Part shown: positions 19,468-35,787 of the stretch, one piece after another
Layout of the letters: each line of letters opens with the position of its first letter
Position numbering within the stretch: the stretch's first letter is position 1
Origin: the human T2T-CHM13v2.0 reference genome, Homo sapiens
Assembly (NCBI RefSeq): GCF_009914755.1
Contig: NC_060928.1
Reading direction: 5' to 3' (one strand)
Length of the DNA: 64,000 nucleotides
Made by a program: the position numbers and the translations under genes
The notes under the pieces: generated by a model
Database searches by the model: none
What the model was told of the DNA's origin: nothing
The model's input: the letters and a program-made list of their open reading frames with translations, nothing else

Positions 19468-20748
19468 TAGTATTCATTTTCAGTCCTCAACATTGGGAAC
19501 ACAAAAGACTCAGTGGTAGCTCACATGAATGGTCTGGAAGAACAGTGAGCCTCTCTTGCCGCCTTTCTGTTACAGTGACCTGGGTCTTCCCTCCACCAGC
19601 CTTCTTGGGATGCACACAGTCAACAGCAGGCTCTTTTCAGCCCTTACTCACTTTCTTCCCCATTTAATCATTGTTCCCTTCTTTCTCCATACACATGTTT
19701 CATTGTCAGCTTAATGACTTTGGCTCAGAGCACTTGCCTGCGCACATGCGTGGTTTTCATTGCTCGTAGTGTGACGTTAGTAAAAGTTGTTTGAAAAGCT
19801 TGTATTTTAAAACACATTCTTCTTTTCTTATCCCTCTTGAAAATCTTTACTACCTTTTCTTAGCAGACAAAAGGCTCTACTATTGTTTGTTCCTCCGTGT
19901 GAATATTTTGCTTTCATCTTCATTTGTGGTTAGGAGGTTAGCTTCCTTTATAAAAATGTTTAGAAGATTTTTTTTTTAACAATGTTTCTTATCATTCTTT
20001 TTTACTTTGGAATTTTAAATGACTTGAGCTTTGTGCTGTCACAGTGTTTCTCATCTGACACAGTGGATTCCTGTCCCTTCTGCTTTGAGCCCTTTGCCAT
20101 ACTGTAAAAATGGAATTTCTGTAATAAAATGTTATAATTTGAGAGACTCTTCAGTTTACAGTGACTGTTGACCCCTAACCGCTACATTTCTCAGCCAGTG
20201 TCTCTCTGTGAAATATTTAGTGATCGTCCACATACAATTGCCCTGGGAGAGCCTACATTTCAAGGAATTTCTCAAAGAACTTTTTTTTTTTTTTTTTTTT
20301 TTTGCAGGATATTTTTTACCAACACAAACAGTAACTCCTCTATTTGTCCATTTTGTAGGTTGGGACATTTATGCTTTTTAGGTAACGTGTAATCATTTGA
20401 CTGTGAAAGGAATTCGACAAATTCGTAACTAATTGATTATTTTTAAAAAGCAAACTGCATGTTCTAATGATTATATCCTTAAGGGTTTTTTTTTTTAAAC
20501 CTTTTTGAGGGAGGAAGATTAATGCAGGAGTTGGAAAAAATGATTAATCAAATGTCATTCTAGTTTTCCTGTAGATTCTCAATTCTGGTGACAATTAGAA
20601 AATCAGTTGGTTTCTTTGGAAATCCTAGTTAACTATTTGGGTATTTATTTCTATCTAAAAAGCAACCCGTCATCACTCATCACAAATAAAACTAAGAGTC
20701 TCAAATGTTTGGAGTAACCCCACACTTTACTAACTAGTCATGTGTCTC

Positions 20749-20976
20749 TGTGACGGTTAACACTGTCAACTTGGTTGGACTGAAGGATGCTAAATATTGA
20801 TCCTGGGTGTGTCTGTGAGGATGTTGCCAAAGGAGATTAATATTTGAGTCAGTGGGCTGGGAAACCAGACCCACCCTTAATCTGGTGGTCACAATCTAAT
20901 CAGCTGCCAGCGAATATAAAGCAGGCAGAAAAATGTAAGAAGGTGAGACTGGCCCAACTTCTCAGCCTATACATTA

Positions 20977-21028
<52 letters not shown>

Positions 21029-21073
21029 GTATATAAAACAATGTTATAGAACAATGATACCCTGACTAATACA
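20749..21073 (+). mobile_element. MLT2A (ERVL) solo LTR, internally deleted, containing (TA)n
   Basis: TG...CA termini (tgtgacggttaa...ccctgactaataca), 5-bp TSD gtctc at 20744-20748 and 21074-21078, MLT2A-type body. Confidence 0.85.
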
Positions 21074-22735
21074 GTCTCTTAGGTGCATAATGATAATAAG
21101 CATTCATTAAAAACGTATTATATGCCAGGCACTGTGCTAAGAAATTTATATGCATTATCTCAGTCCACACAAATATCATGCTATTGATATTATCCCTGTT
21201 TTTCAGATTGAAAACTGGGCTTGGAAAGGTTTAGTACATTGCACAATGCAGAGCTGGGATTCAAGCCCAGGTCTAGGTGACTTCAAAGCCTCTGTCAAAT
21301 GACAATGCATCAGAATTGAAATTAGTAGATAGATAGCATTTCTGCATTGTACTGACTAGGTAGAAGCAATAAGGTGCCTGCATTGCAGGTACTGAATAAT
21401 GAAATATGGTCCTCTAGTTATGTTATGAGGTCATTGTTTCAAAAATGTAATCATAGAATCAGAGGGCAAGAAGAGCCCAGAGGCTCTCTACCAATATTGG
21501 AATATGCTCAGACATGAAAGATAGAATATAAAATTGTATCTATGTTGCGATTACAACCATGCAAAAGTAATTTATATATATGGACTAGAATGCGAAGGGA
21601 ACTCGGAAAAATGTATGTATTAGTGTGAAGGGATTACAGGTTATTAGATTTTCATGTTATATTTATGCAATTTTTTTCATAAAAAATGAGATTAATACTA
21701 GAGTTTTTCTAATATATAGAACTAAGGTATTAATCCTAACATGGGTGATAATTTTCAGAAGCATGTGAAAATATCAGTGGTTGGATTATGGACATCTGTC
21801 GCAACACCACTATGGTGATACATGTGAAAAGTTGTTTAGGAAAAATAAAATGGAGAAAGTGGCAAATTTAGCTACAGGATATTCAAGGCATGGAGGGTGG
21901 AGAGTAAAGGAGACACGGCACAAATTGTAAACGACACCCTTCAGCACAGTCATGTCTTTTGCATTTTATCCCTTATTTTGAAATAATCTCAAACTATAGA
22001 AAATTTTCAAGTAACTTAAAGAAGATTCTGTTTTGTTCCTAAGTTATTTGAAAGTTGCCTGTGCTCTATCACTCCTGGATACATTAGTGTATATTTCTTA
22101 CAAACGAAGACTTTCTCCTTCGTAACCACAACACAACCAATAACATCAGGAAAATGGCATCCCTACATCACTCTCACCCAATCTTCAAAGCCCACTGAAG
22201 CTTCACCAGTTGTCTTGATAATATCCTTTACAAAAAGTATCATTTTAAAATCATATGTTGCATGTAGCTGTCATGTCACCTTCATCTCCTTCAATCTGGA
22301 ACAGTTCCTCCATCTTTACTTGACTTTCATAACTTTAAAAGATTATAGAGCAGTCATTGTGTAAAATGGTTCTCAGTTTGTGTTTTCTGATGTTTCCTCA
22401 TGATCAATAAGTTTGGCAAGAATATAGCAGAATGATACTGTGTTCTTCTCATTGCATACTGTCAGGTGGTATATAATTTCTATGTTCCCTTTACCAGTGA
22501 GGTTAACTTTGAGCTCTTGATTACGGGTGGTGTCTGACTCATTTTTCCTTCAGTAATTAGCACGTATTTTAGAGGGAGATATTTTGAGACTATATAAATA
22601 TTTCATTTCACATCAAACTATTTATTTATTTATATCAGAATAGATTTACTTTTTCCCAATTTATTAAGTGAGTTATAATCCTCAGTATATCCTTAGAGAA
22701 GGATAAAAGGAAGAGATACATAGTACCTTAAAATC

Positions 22736-23050
<315 letters not shown>

Positions 23051-24819
23051 TTAAAATCTTTTATATATGGTAATCAGGTGTACAGAGATTCTATTCCTAC
23101 TGCCTTGAATTATTCAAATTTACACTTATATTCACTTCATTTCTTCTCCAGTAAATTTGTCTTCAAATTTTTCACCAGTAGAGATAGGGAAGGGCATTCA
23201 ACAAGGAAAAGTGGAATATTCCTTTATCCATTCACCCATTACATACCCAGCTGTCAGTTCCGTGTATCTGATTTGACTCTCAGCCTGGCACCTCCTGCAG
23301 TGAATGCCACTGGATGGAAGTGGGTGTAGACAATGCATGTTCCTATTGCCATGTGGCTGGGCTCCTGAAGTTGTTAACCTTAATTTCCCTAAGGAGATAA
23401 GGTGTTTATAAACCAAACATTGGTATTTTCACTTGGATCTCAAAGCCAGGACTCACATTAGGATTATGACCTTAAATTCTACATATCAGATATGCCACTT
23501 TGTCAAAATGGTGAGACAGATCAGAGCTGCCTTTGCCATCTCACTATACTACTTTTCCTAACCCATCGTAGTTGGTATTATTTTCGTCATTCTAATAAAG
23601 AATGACGAATAGTAGCATCTTTAATTCGTTATACCCCACATCTTCTCTTTCTCCCCTTTTCCTCATTCCCTCAACAAATGTTTTATCCACTGTGTCCTTT
23701 GTTGTAATCTTGCCTCTGATCCTCTCTTGAGTGCTTTCTGTGGTGTATGTCTCCTTTCCATTGCTGTGTTCTGTCTTCCTTCCCTTCCTTTCTCTCTCTC
23801 TAACGCCTATGCACTCCTAATCCCTTTGCTTTCTCGCCCTGGTCTCAGGGCCTGACCTTTGCACTCCACTCTTCTGTCCTTCCCCTGATTCACACTCCCT
23901 ATTGTATTGATGGCTTACAGGTTTGGAGATAAAGCAACACCTGAGTTGAATACTTTTTTAAAAAGTTTTACCTTTATTATTTTAAGTAAAAGGAAAAAGA
24001 AATCTTTGGCTCAGATAACTTTGAGTTTACGCACTTGTAATTTGCATTACCAGATAGTTACGATCATTGCTGCTAAGTCCATTAACTGTTCACATACAAA
24101 CATTGCTGCTAAGAGCTAACATTTCCCTTGTTTATTACCCATTTATGGAGTATTTTTCTTAGAAACACTGAGTAATGACTAAGTTTCCAAGCTCTAGAGT
24201 TGAAGTCCCTGCAATCAAATCCTTGCTCAGCTAGCTGTGGTAACATTGGGCAAATTATTTAACCTCTCTAAACTTCAGTTTCCTGTTGATAAGGCTACTG
24301 TATGGCTGAGTTAGCCTATAGTGCCTGCCAGCCTTCTCAGCCTGGGTTCTGAGAGGGAACTAAGCCTTCCTAAGGTGTTCATTGTATGCATTGAATTAAA
24401 TTCTTTCATTGCATCTAGAAAGGTACTAGTTATACAACACCCTTGGGAGAATTCAGAAAGTAGTCACTCAAATCCTTTTCTGTGTTTTGTGGTTCATTTG
24501 GGGAAACCTGGTTGAGAAAGGCTAGGATTCTGAAATAGAAAATTCCCTTTGGAAAACTGCATAAAATTTACTTAGCCTTCTTAAAATAGAATCACCATTC
24601 CATTTTAATCACCATTCTATTAAATGGAATCACCATTTCAAGAAAGAGGAAGAACTTATATTTCTGTCACCTAGAATACCTATTCATTTGGACCAAGAAC
24701 TCTTTGATTTATGAAAGTTGAACAGATTAAGTGCAATTCCACCAGGATTTAACATGTATATAACATATTTTGCATTTTCATTCAGTGTTTGTTACAGAAT
24801 GAGAGAAATGTCTTTAAGA

Positions 24820-25660
24820 AACTATTTGTTCTGTATATTATGGCTGTGTAACAATTTACCCACAAGTTTGTGTTGTAGAGCGACAGCGTTTCATTTTGCT
24901 CACTATTTTGTGGCTGAGTGATTCAGGAAGGGCTTAGCTGAGCAGTTCTCCCTTAGGGGTCTCTCCTGCAGCTACAGTCAGATGTGGGTGGGGGCTGCGG
25001 TCATCTGAAGTTAGACAGGCTGTGTATCCAAGGTGGCTCACTCACACAGCCACGGTGGAAGCTGGCTGCTGGCTGGGAGCTGAGCTGGAGCTGTCATTTT
25101 GAGCACCTACATATGGTCTCTTCAGTATAGTGGTTTGGGGGGAATTGTATTTCTTCTTGGTGGCTAGTTTTCCCTAGAGTAAATGTTCTAAGACCAACAA
25201 GGAAGGTTGTGTGTACTTTTTATGATTGATTCTTAGAAGTCACACAGCGTCACTTCCATTACACTCTCTGGGTGGAAGCAGTCCCAAGCCTGTTCAGCTT
25301 CAAGGGGAAGGAACGTAGGAGAGGATGTCTGTGAGGGCATGTCAAGGGATTTGTGACCATTTAAAAAATCACCACAGCTGGTCCTCTGGACACAGATTAT
25401 TTATATCCTTCTAAATTTACATCCTTCCAAATGCAAAATACATTTACTCTCTCAAGACGCCCCAGAAGTCTCATTCAATATGACATCAGACTCAGGCTGG
25501 AGACGTGGGATCTAAAGATGCCCATGCAGATATGAGTGAGGCTCCTCAGGGATGGTCCTTCAGATGCTTTGTACTCTCTCTAAAGACCTGTGAATTAAAG
25601 GCTCCTCACACACCCAGGATACAATAGTGAGGGATAGGACAGCATACATGCTCTTCCTCC
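24820..25660 (-). mobile_element. MLT1-type MaLR LTR with probable adjoining internal fragment
   Basis: ggctgtgtaacaatttaccc, tccaaggtggctcactcaca, gaagtcacacagcgtcacttcc MaLR motifs. Confidence 0.65.
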
Positions 25661-27109
25661 GCATGGAACTCTAAACAAGATCCCATTTTTTCTTTAGTCG
25701 CTTGGGTTCTACTACCAGGCAGGCAGTGTGCTAGAGTCAGAAGACTTTTTGTCGCCCCCTTGTGGTGAGGCTTCAGGCAAGCCACTTGACTCCTCTGGGT
25801 CTCATTTTCCAGGTATAATGAAATAAGACTGACAGGTCCCTTGAGAACTATTTCAGCTCAACAGTTCTGTGATTTCGTGAAATGCCAAAATTGTGCTACT
25901 TGGATATGAACAGACACAAATCATTGTGCATAATTAAGAACATTCCACAAGTAGAGAATGTTACTAAAGGATAAAATTAAAGTATGAATTAATAAAGAAG
26001 TAAATTTTGTGGGAAATAGAAGCTGATTTTGAACCAATTTTGCCACTAGAGGTCACCAGCATACCATCTCAAAGAGAATAAATAGGCTTTTGTCACTAAT
26101 AGTTCCCTGTGTAGAACCCCTAAGTGGCATTCACGGTGTCTTTTCATTTACTTGGAATATCTCCTGACAGTTGTCAGAGACATATGTTATGATGAGGTGA
26201 TGTCAGTGTCCCTCTAGGTGATGTTCCCAGTGTACCTAACGTTCTGTAAGCGTGAAGAGCCACCACCGGAACAGTAAGGAAAATGACTTTCTAGGATTTT
26301 CTGCTTTCTCACTGGGATGCGATGAGGGGCAGAGAGATAACTTGATAGGAAGTAATATAAGCTCTGAGGCGAAAAGGCAATGTGGAAATCCAGTGTCATC
26401 CTCAAATGCAGCACAGACATGTCAGCTTTTTTATGACACAGAGAAAGTACGGACTGGGAACAGAGCACTCGTTTATTCAGCCAATGTCTGTGGACCTGCC
26501 TTCAGGCACTGTGCTTGGCAGGGGCTATATCAATGGAGAAGATGCAGTTACTACCCTCAAGGGATTTAAGAAATGAAGTACAGGAGGTTTCTATTCAGAT
26601 TCAATATTTTAATAAAAAATGTTTTTATTAATGGCCATTGACTTCTACTGATGCTTCCTGAATCTCCAGCTCGTGTGGTTCTCTTCCTTTTTGAACTTTA
26701 GATATCCATCCAGCACCTTCTGCGACATTTTGTAGTATTTCCCTTAAGATACTGTATAAAGAAGGAGGAAGAAAAATAGGAATTTGACACAGAACTAAAG
26801 ATTATTCCATTTAGAGGTTTTTGGGAGAAGCAGGCTGGGATGGGCCCTGAGTTTCGCTACATATTTTTGCTGGTATGCCAAGAGTACTGACACCATGCCA
26901 GGCAACTTCTCTCAGATTTTCTTATTTTATCTTGCTGACAGACCTGTAGGGACAGGCACTGTAATCACCATTTCTGTCAATGGTCCCTTGCAGCACGGCA
27001 GTGGGTTTTTTTTTTTTTTTCTGGAAAGTGATGCTAAGAGTACACTTTAGGACTTTTATATCAAAGCTAGAACTGACTGTCACGTGACAATGTTAAAATG
27101 CTGACTTCA

Positions 27110-27450
<341 letters not shown>

Positions 27451-28037
27451 ATGTATTTTAACGTAAAACTCTTTGGGTGGGACAAACAATGCTCCAAGTA
27501 AAATTAATACCTTGAAACGTAAAGAGTCATGGAGATCTCCTGTGAAGAAACTTCTGTGAGTGACAAGAATGGATTCAGAATACCTCTGAGGACTACATCT
27601 ATTTTCTCCCAAAATGAAAGCTACAAGATACTTTCTTGTAATGCGCTTCATGTAGTACAAAAAGAAAATCTACAAACTCTAGAACTCATAATTCTATAAT
27701 AAAGAATGAGTTGCAAGGAATTCTGGGCTCTTTCAATAACTTGAGGAGCTATTTCTTCTAAGGCTGAAGGGGACTTGAACTTGATTTAAATTGGTTGTCA
27801 TCAGCCTTTAGAGCAGACACTGAGAGTGATTCTGAGCACGACACAGACACAGCCCCTATCCCTTAGTAGCAAGGCTTTCTTTAGTTTTCTGCCTTCACTG
27901 AAGAAGGAAAGAGAGAGCCTGGCCATATCTTTGCTTCACACTGGGCATGATTTGCTTCACTGCGATGAGTGTTACTAACTATCCTGGTAATTACTAATTT
28001 TAAGCAATTGTTTTAAAACAAACTAAAGACCGGCTAA

Positions 28038-28370
<333 letters not shown>

Positions 28371-28731
28371 TGTTACTTCTTATTGTTGTAGGGTTTGGTC
28401 AAATAGTGGAAAAGAAAGGTTAGGGAGGGAGCTACAAAAATACTACTTGACTTATTTTAAAAATATTTCTATTAATGGCCACTGACTTCTACTGATGCTT
28501 CTTTAATCTCCAGCTGGTGTGGTTCTCTTCCTTTTTAAACTTTAGATATCCAACCAACATTTTCTGAGACATTTTGTGGTATTTCCCTTAGGATACTATA
28601 TAAGGAAGGAGGAAGAAAAACAGGAGTTTGACACAGAACTAAAGATCATTCAATTTAGAGGTTTTTGGGAGAAGCAAACTGGGATGGGCCCTGAGTGTCA
28701 TTGCATATTCTTGCTGGTATGCCAAGAATAC

Positions 28732-31700
28732 AGTCAACCCAGGCTTTACTCAGGTATGTTTTCAGAGAGCAACTTTAAGGGATGAGGTAATGCCTCTCTG
28801 GTTAAAGAGCAAGCTTGCTTCCACTTGCCATAAAAGCCAAAGATTCCCCAAACTCAATGTTCCTCTCCTATATTATAACCCGCTGCATGTATAGGCATCT
28901 ACAGGGGCCCTCTGCCTCATCCCTGTGGGACTTGGGGGACATAGGTAACAGCAACAAATCAGCATGAAGCTCATGATGAGCTGGGAGTAAGAGAGTCCTT
29001 AGACTCTGACCCAGACATCTCATGTCTTCCGCCAGCATTCATGAAACAGGCAATCGTTAGCTTGTAAGTGCAGCTGACCTTTGAACACCATGGGTTTGAA
29101 CTGCATGAGTCCACTTGTATGCATTTTTTTCAGTAAATATAATGGAAAATTTTTTGGAGATTGTGACAATTTGGAAAAATTCACAAACTTCATAGCCTAG
29201 AAATATATAAAAAATTAGGTATGTCACAAATGCATAAACATATGTAGATACTAGTCTGTGTTACTATTACCATAAAATATCACAAATCTATTATAAAAAG
29301 TTACAATTTATCAAAACTTATGCACATGCTTACAGAGCACACATGGCACCATTTGCAGTTGAGAGAAATGTAAACAAATGTACAGATGCTGTATTAAACC
29401 ATAAGTGCATAAAATTAACTGTAGTACATACTGTACTACCATCATAATTTCACAGCCACTTCCTGCTGCTATTGCTGTGAGCTTAAGTGCTGTGAGTATC
29501 CACTTAAAATGCCATGGGATGCTAATTATCTCTGTGTGAGCAGTTCATCTCTCTGGTAAATTGCCTATAGCAGTAAAAAGTAATCTCTTGTGGTTCTCTA
29601 GTGTTTTTTCATTGTGTTTAGTGCAATACTGTAAACCTTGAATAACACCATGGCACCCATACAAAGTGCCACTAGTGATGCTGGAAGTGCTCCCAAGAAG
29701 CAGAGAAAATTCATGACATTACAAGACAAAGTTGAATTGCTTGATATGTATTGCAGATTGAAGTCTGCAGCTGTGGTTGCCCACCGTTTCAAGATAAATG
29801 AATTCAGCTTAAGAAAGATTGTAAAAAAAGAAAAGGAAATTCATGAAGCTATCACTGCAGCTACACCAGCAAGCATGAAAAACTTACACTTTTTGCAAAA
29901 TACCTTTTTATCTAGTATTGAAAATGCAGTTTTTCTGTGGGAATGCAGGATTGCTATAAGAAAGGCATACCTACTGTGATGTGATTTGAGAAAAAGCGAA
30001 GTCATTATATGACAACTTAGAGCAAAAGGAAGGCGAAGGATGTAAACCTGAAGAATTTAATGCTGGCAAAGGATGGCTTAATAATTTTAGGAAGAGGTTT
30101 GGCTTTAAAAATGTCAAGATAATTAAAGAAGAAGCTTCTGCCAATCAAGAGACAGCAGACAAGTTTCCAGATGCCATTAAGAAAATCATTGAGGAGACAG
30201 AATATCTGCCTGAACAGGTTTCTAATGCAGATCAAAGTGCCCTATTCTGGAAAAAAAATCCACAAAGGACATTTATTAGTAAGGAAGAGAAGTGAGCACC
30301 AGGATTTAAGGCAGGAAGGGATAGGCTACCTATACTGTTTTGTGCAAATGCAGGGGGGTTATGATCAGGACTGCCCTTATCTATAAAGCTGCTCATCCCT
30401 GAGCCTTGAAGGGAAAAGAAAAACATCAGCTGCCAGTCTTAATGGCTGTACAACAAGAAGGCCCAGACAATGAGAACCCTTTTTCTGGATTGTTTCCATC
30501 AATGCTTTGTCCCTGAAGTCAGGAATTACCTTGCCCATAGGGACTACCTTTAAATTTTTTTCTGATATTGGACAGTGCCTCTGGCCACCCAGAACCCCAT
30601 GAGGTCAAAACTGAAGCTGTCAATGTGGTCTACTTGCCCCCAAACACAATGTCTTTAATTCAGCTTCTAGATCCTTGGCTCTTAAGAACCCTTAAGCCTT
30701 ATTACACAGGGTACTCAATGGAAAGGACTGTCAATGCCATGGAAGAGAATTCTGATAGAGAGAGCATCATGACAGTCTGGAATGATTACACCATTGAAGA
30801 TGTCATCGTTGTTATAAAAAAAAGTTGTGAAGGTCATCAAGATTGAAATAATAAATTCCTGCTGAAGAAAACTATCCAGATATTGTGCATGACTTCACAG
30901 GATTTACCACAGAGCCAATCAAAGAAATCATGAAAGATATGGATATGGCAAAAAAAAAAAAAAAGTGAAAAGTGAAGGGTTTCAAGATCTGGATCTTGGA
31001 GAAATGTAAGAGCTAACAGATACCACAGCAGAGGAATTAACAGAAGAAGACATGGTGGAGATTGGTGCTTTCAAACCAGTGCCACATGATGAGAAAGAAG
31101 ACATAGAAGAGGCAGTGCCAGAAAAATTGACATTAGACAATCTGGCAGAAGGGTTCCAGTTATTCAAGACTGCTTTTGACTTCTTGGACAAAAAGAATGG
31201 CATGGCTTCTATGATACAGGCACTGAAACTTCTTTGATAAAGGCACTGAAACCAAAGCAGTGGAAGAAAGGTGTTACCATATAGAAACATTCTAAGAGAA
31301 ATGAAAAGGAGCAAAAAGTCAGACAGAAATTACAATGTATTTTCATAAAGTTTCACTGAGTGTCTGACTCTCCTTCCTCCCTTTTTCTCCTCCATCTCTT
31401 CTGCCTCTGTTGCCTCTGGGACAGGAAGACCAACCCCTTCTCTTCCTCCTTCTCCTCAGCTTGTTCAATGTGAAAATGAAGAAGATGAAGACTTTCATGA
31501 TGACCCACTTCCACGTAATGTAAATATATTTTCTCTTCCTTCTTACTTTCTTAATAACATTTTCTTTTCTCTAGCTTACTTTATTGTAAGAATACAACAT
31601 ATATACAAAATATGTGTTAATTGACTGTTTATGTTATTGGTAGTGCTTCCAGTCAACATAGGTTATTAGCAATTATACTTTGGGGGAGTCAAAAGTTATA

Positions 31701-31790
31701 CATGGATTTTCCATTACACAGGGTATTGGCACCTCCTAAGCCCCACATTATTCAAGGGTCAACTGTAGGGTAACATCCCAGATCCTGACA
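28732..31790 (+). mobile_element. Old ERVL-type LTR (LTR41-like) split by Tigger2
   Basis: ctctgacccag...catgtcttccgccagcattcatgaaac...ttagcttgtaagt[Tigger2]gggtaacatcccagatcctgaca. Confidence 0.55.
29071..31765 (+). mobile_element. Full-length Tigger2 (pogo/TcMar) DNA transposon with decayed transposase
   Basis: TIRs cagctgacctttgaac / ttcaagggtcaactg; TA on the right and TG on the left; length ~2.7 kb; fragments of the CENP-B-like HTH (KKQRKFMTLQDKVELLDMY) and DDE region (YLPPNTMSLIQLLD). Confidence 0.9.
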
Positions 31791-31910
31791 AAAGCTGACA
31801 GAGGAACTCTAACAAGTTGATTATTTTTATCATAAATGGTTACCAGGGAAACAGAAAACTGTAAAGATCATGTTTGTATAATGCAATTTTAAAAATCCAT
31901 GAGCAGCCTA

Positions 31911-32670
<760 letters not shown>

Positions 32671-32700
32671 GGTGCATTCTTTTATAAAATATTAGTTATT

Positions 32701-33040
<340 letters not shown>

Positions 33041-33154
33041 TATTAGTTATCACTGTAACCCTGACTTCTATGCTCTTCAGAGAATTACTTTATGCTTGTT
33101 AAAAACAGAATCTCCTTTAGTGACCCAGACACATATGATTAATCTTGATTTTAA

Positions 33155-33454
<300 letters not shown>

Positions 33455-34274
33455 TAAAGCCAGATTATTTTTATAAAATTTTAGTGAGCAAGTACCCAGC
33501 TGACATGATTGAAAATGTAGATTCGTGTTTAGAGAATCACAGAATCACAAAATCACAAAAGCTGGAATGAGGTGGCTCAATGACAACTCACTCAGAAAAT
33601 ATGCTTTGAGAACCTGTGGCAGGCAGGGTGCCAAAAGCTGGATGGTCAGACACAATCTTACCAGCAAAGATTGACTCTTAAATATAGGGAACCATTCACT
33701 TAACTCACTGGTAGTGTTGTTTGATAAAGTTCTTAATGTTATTTTACACCATGTTAAGAAGCTAAATGAACTCTCTTCCAAGCCCTCACTTGAGGAAACA
33801 GGGGTGGACAGGAAAGTGACTAACTCCCTGCAGTCTCATGGTTAATTTCAAATATTTGAATGCTGTACAGTATCTAGCTCACGATATAGTCACAAAACTA
33901 AACTTTTAAATGAGCAAAGAATGGAATGAATTCAATCTAGGCTGAGCCAGAACAAGAACCCAGGTTTCTTCTTCTTCAAACCAATGCTTGTCACGTTGTT
34001 GGTAGATCAGAGTTTTCTGAACCAATCATATACCTACATCATAATTTTTGCCACATTAAATTAACCATTTAATTAAAATCAGTTTTGAACTTAGCTTTAT
34101 TCTAAGCAACATGTTAACATCTGTGAATTGAGAATTTCTTGTATTATTCGTATTTATTATAATAAAATAAACATGTAATTATTTTTAAAAATTCATCTTG
34201 TACAACCAGAGGTATAAATACCAATTCTGGGGGAAATGCTAATTTGAAAATACTATCTAGAGAAAAATAAGGAC

Positions 34275-34728
34275 TGTAAACCAAAAAGTATCTCAGACAG
34301 GTCTCATTCAATTTAGAAGTTGATTTTGCCAAGGTTAAGGACATACCTGGAAGAAAAGAACACAGAATCACAGAAACAGTCTCTGGTCTGTTCCTTTATC
34401 CAAGGATGACTTTGAGAGCTTCAGTATTTAAAGGGGAAAAGTGGGTTGGAGAGGTAAGAGCGAGGGTATAGTAATCTAAGTTGCAGGAGAAAAGGCGCAG
34501 GTAGGGGAATGGTGAATGATGCATTCATCTTGTGTGCAGCAAATCAGCACTTTACATGAAATAGGGTGAACATAGAGTAGCTACCTATGGAGATATTTAA
34601 CCTTTTATCTGTAGCTATCTGCTTAGGAACAGAAGAAAAGGCAGCTTCTTGCATGACTCAGCTTTCAGCTTATTTTTTTCCTTCTGGCAGAGTGAACTGG
34701 AGTCTCACGTTTTTATTCTCCTTTCACA
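34275..34728. mobile_element. MER4-family ERV1 solo LTR
   Basis: tgtaaaccaaaaagtatctcagacaggtctc...ttctcctttcaca termini; near-TSD ggac/gcac. Confidence 0.75.
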
Positions 34729-35565
34729 GCACCGAGACTGCACAGAATCATTCCTAATTATTTCCATTTTTATGATAAAGTCCAAAGCTTGATTCCATAA
34801 AGACCTTGAAATCCTTTGGAATTCTTGCTTGAAAAAACTCTAAAAGTACATTGGTAATTTCTTACATTCCCTCTACCTATTGAACAAATAAATGAAAATG
34901 ACTCATCAAATTTATTTACTTTTGGTTATTATCAGAAATTATAATCTTGAGAAAGTATACATGAACACCTTAATTTACCAAATAGCTATATGGTATACTG
35001 TTGAGTATAGTATACTAGGCTGTAGTATACAATTACGTCTAGTTTTGAAATCAAGTTTTAACAAATAGGTTATATTCTTTACTCACCAAATTCAGAACAG
35101 CATTCATTCTCCAATGAATTCAATAACCTTTCAAGTGAAAAAAATGAGTAAAAAAGAAAATGTGAGTTCTTATTTAGGAATGAGATGGAACATGTTCTGC
35201 AAATTAATGAGCTTAAAGCATCAGACAACACACCTGGTTATACTTGAAAGTTATCAAAAATGCTTCCATTTAGCATATTTCACCTTAAATATCCACAGTA
35301 CGTTTAGAACCCTCTAATTAAGACAAAATAGCAGCTTGTATGTGCACAATGAGAGTGTGCCAGACTGGAACATCAAAAAGATATTGGAAGTTCTCTATTT
35401 CATTATTTATCATTTCTTCCCCCACATAATATATTGCCTTGTACAGTTTTCAATTAGGACTTCCCCCATTCTCTAGGAAAAAAAATGTAATTTTGTGCCT
35501 TTATTTAGATGAACTATATTATCAATATTCACATAGTCCAGGTCGCATGAATGTTCACCTTATAA

Positions 35566-35787
<222 letters not shown>

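Noticed and set aside
24590-24640. Three aatcaccatt copies
   Set aside because: Short slippage repeat with no supporting context
29638-31237. Possible domesticated TIGD-like gene
   Set aside because: Multiple stops and frameshifts with TIRs still present; a decayed Tigger2
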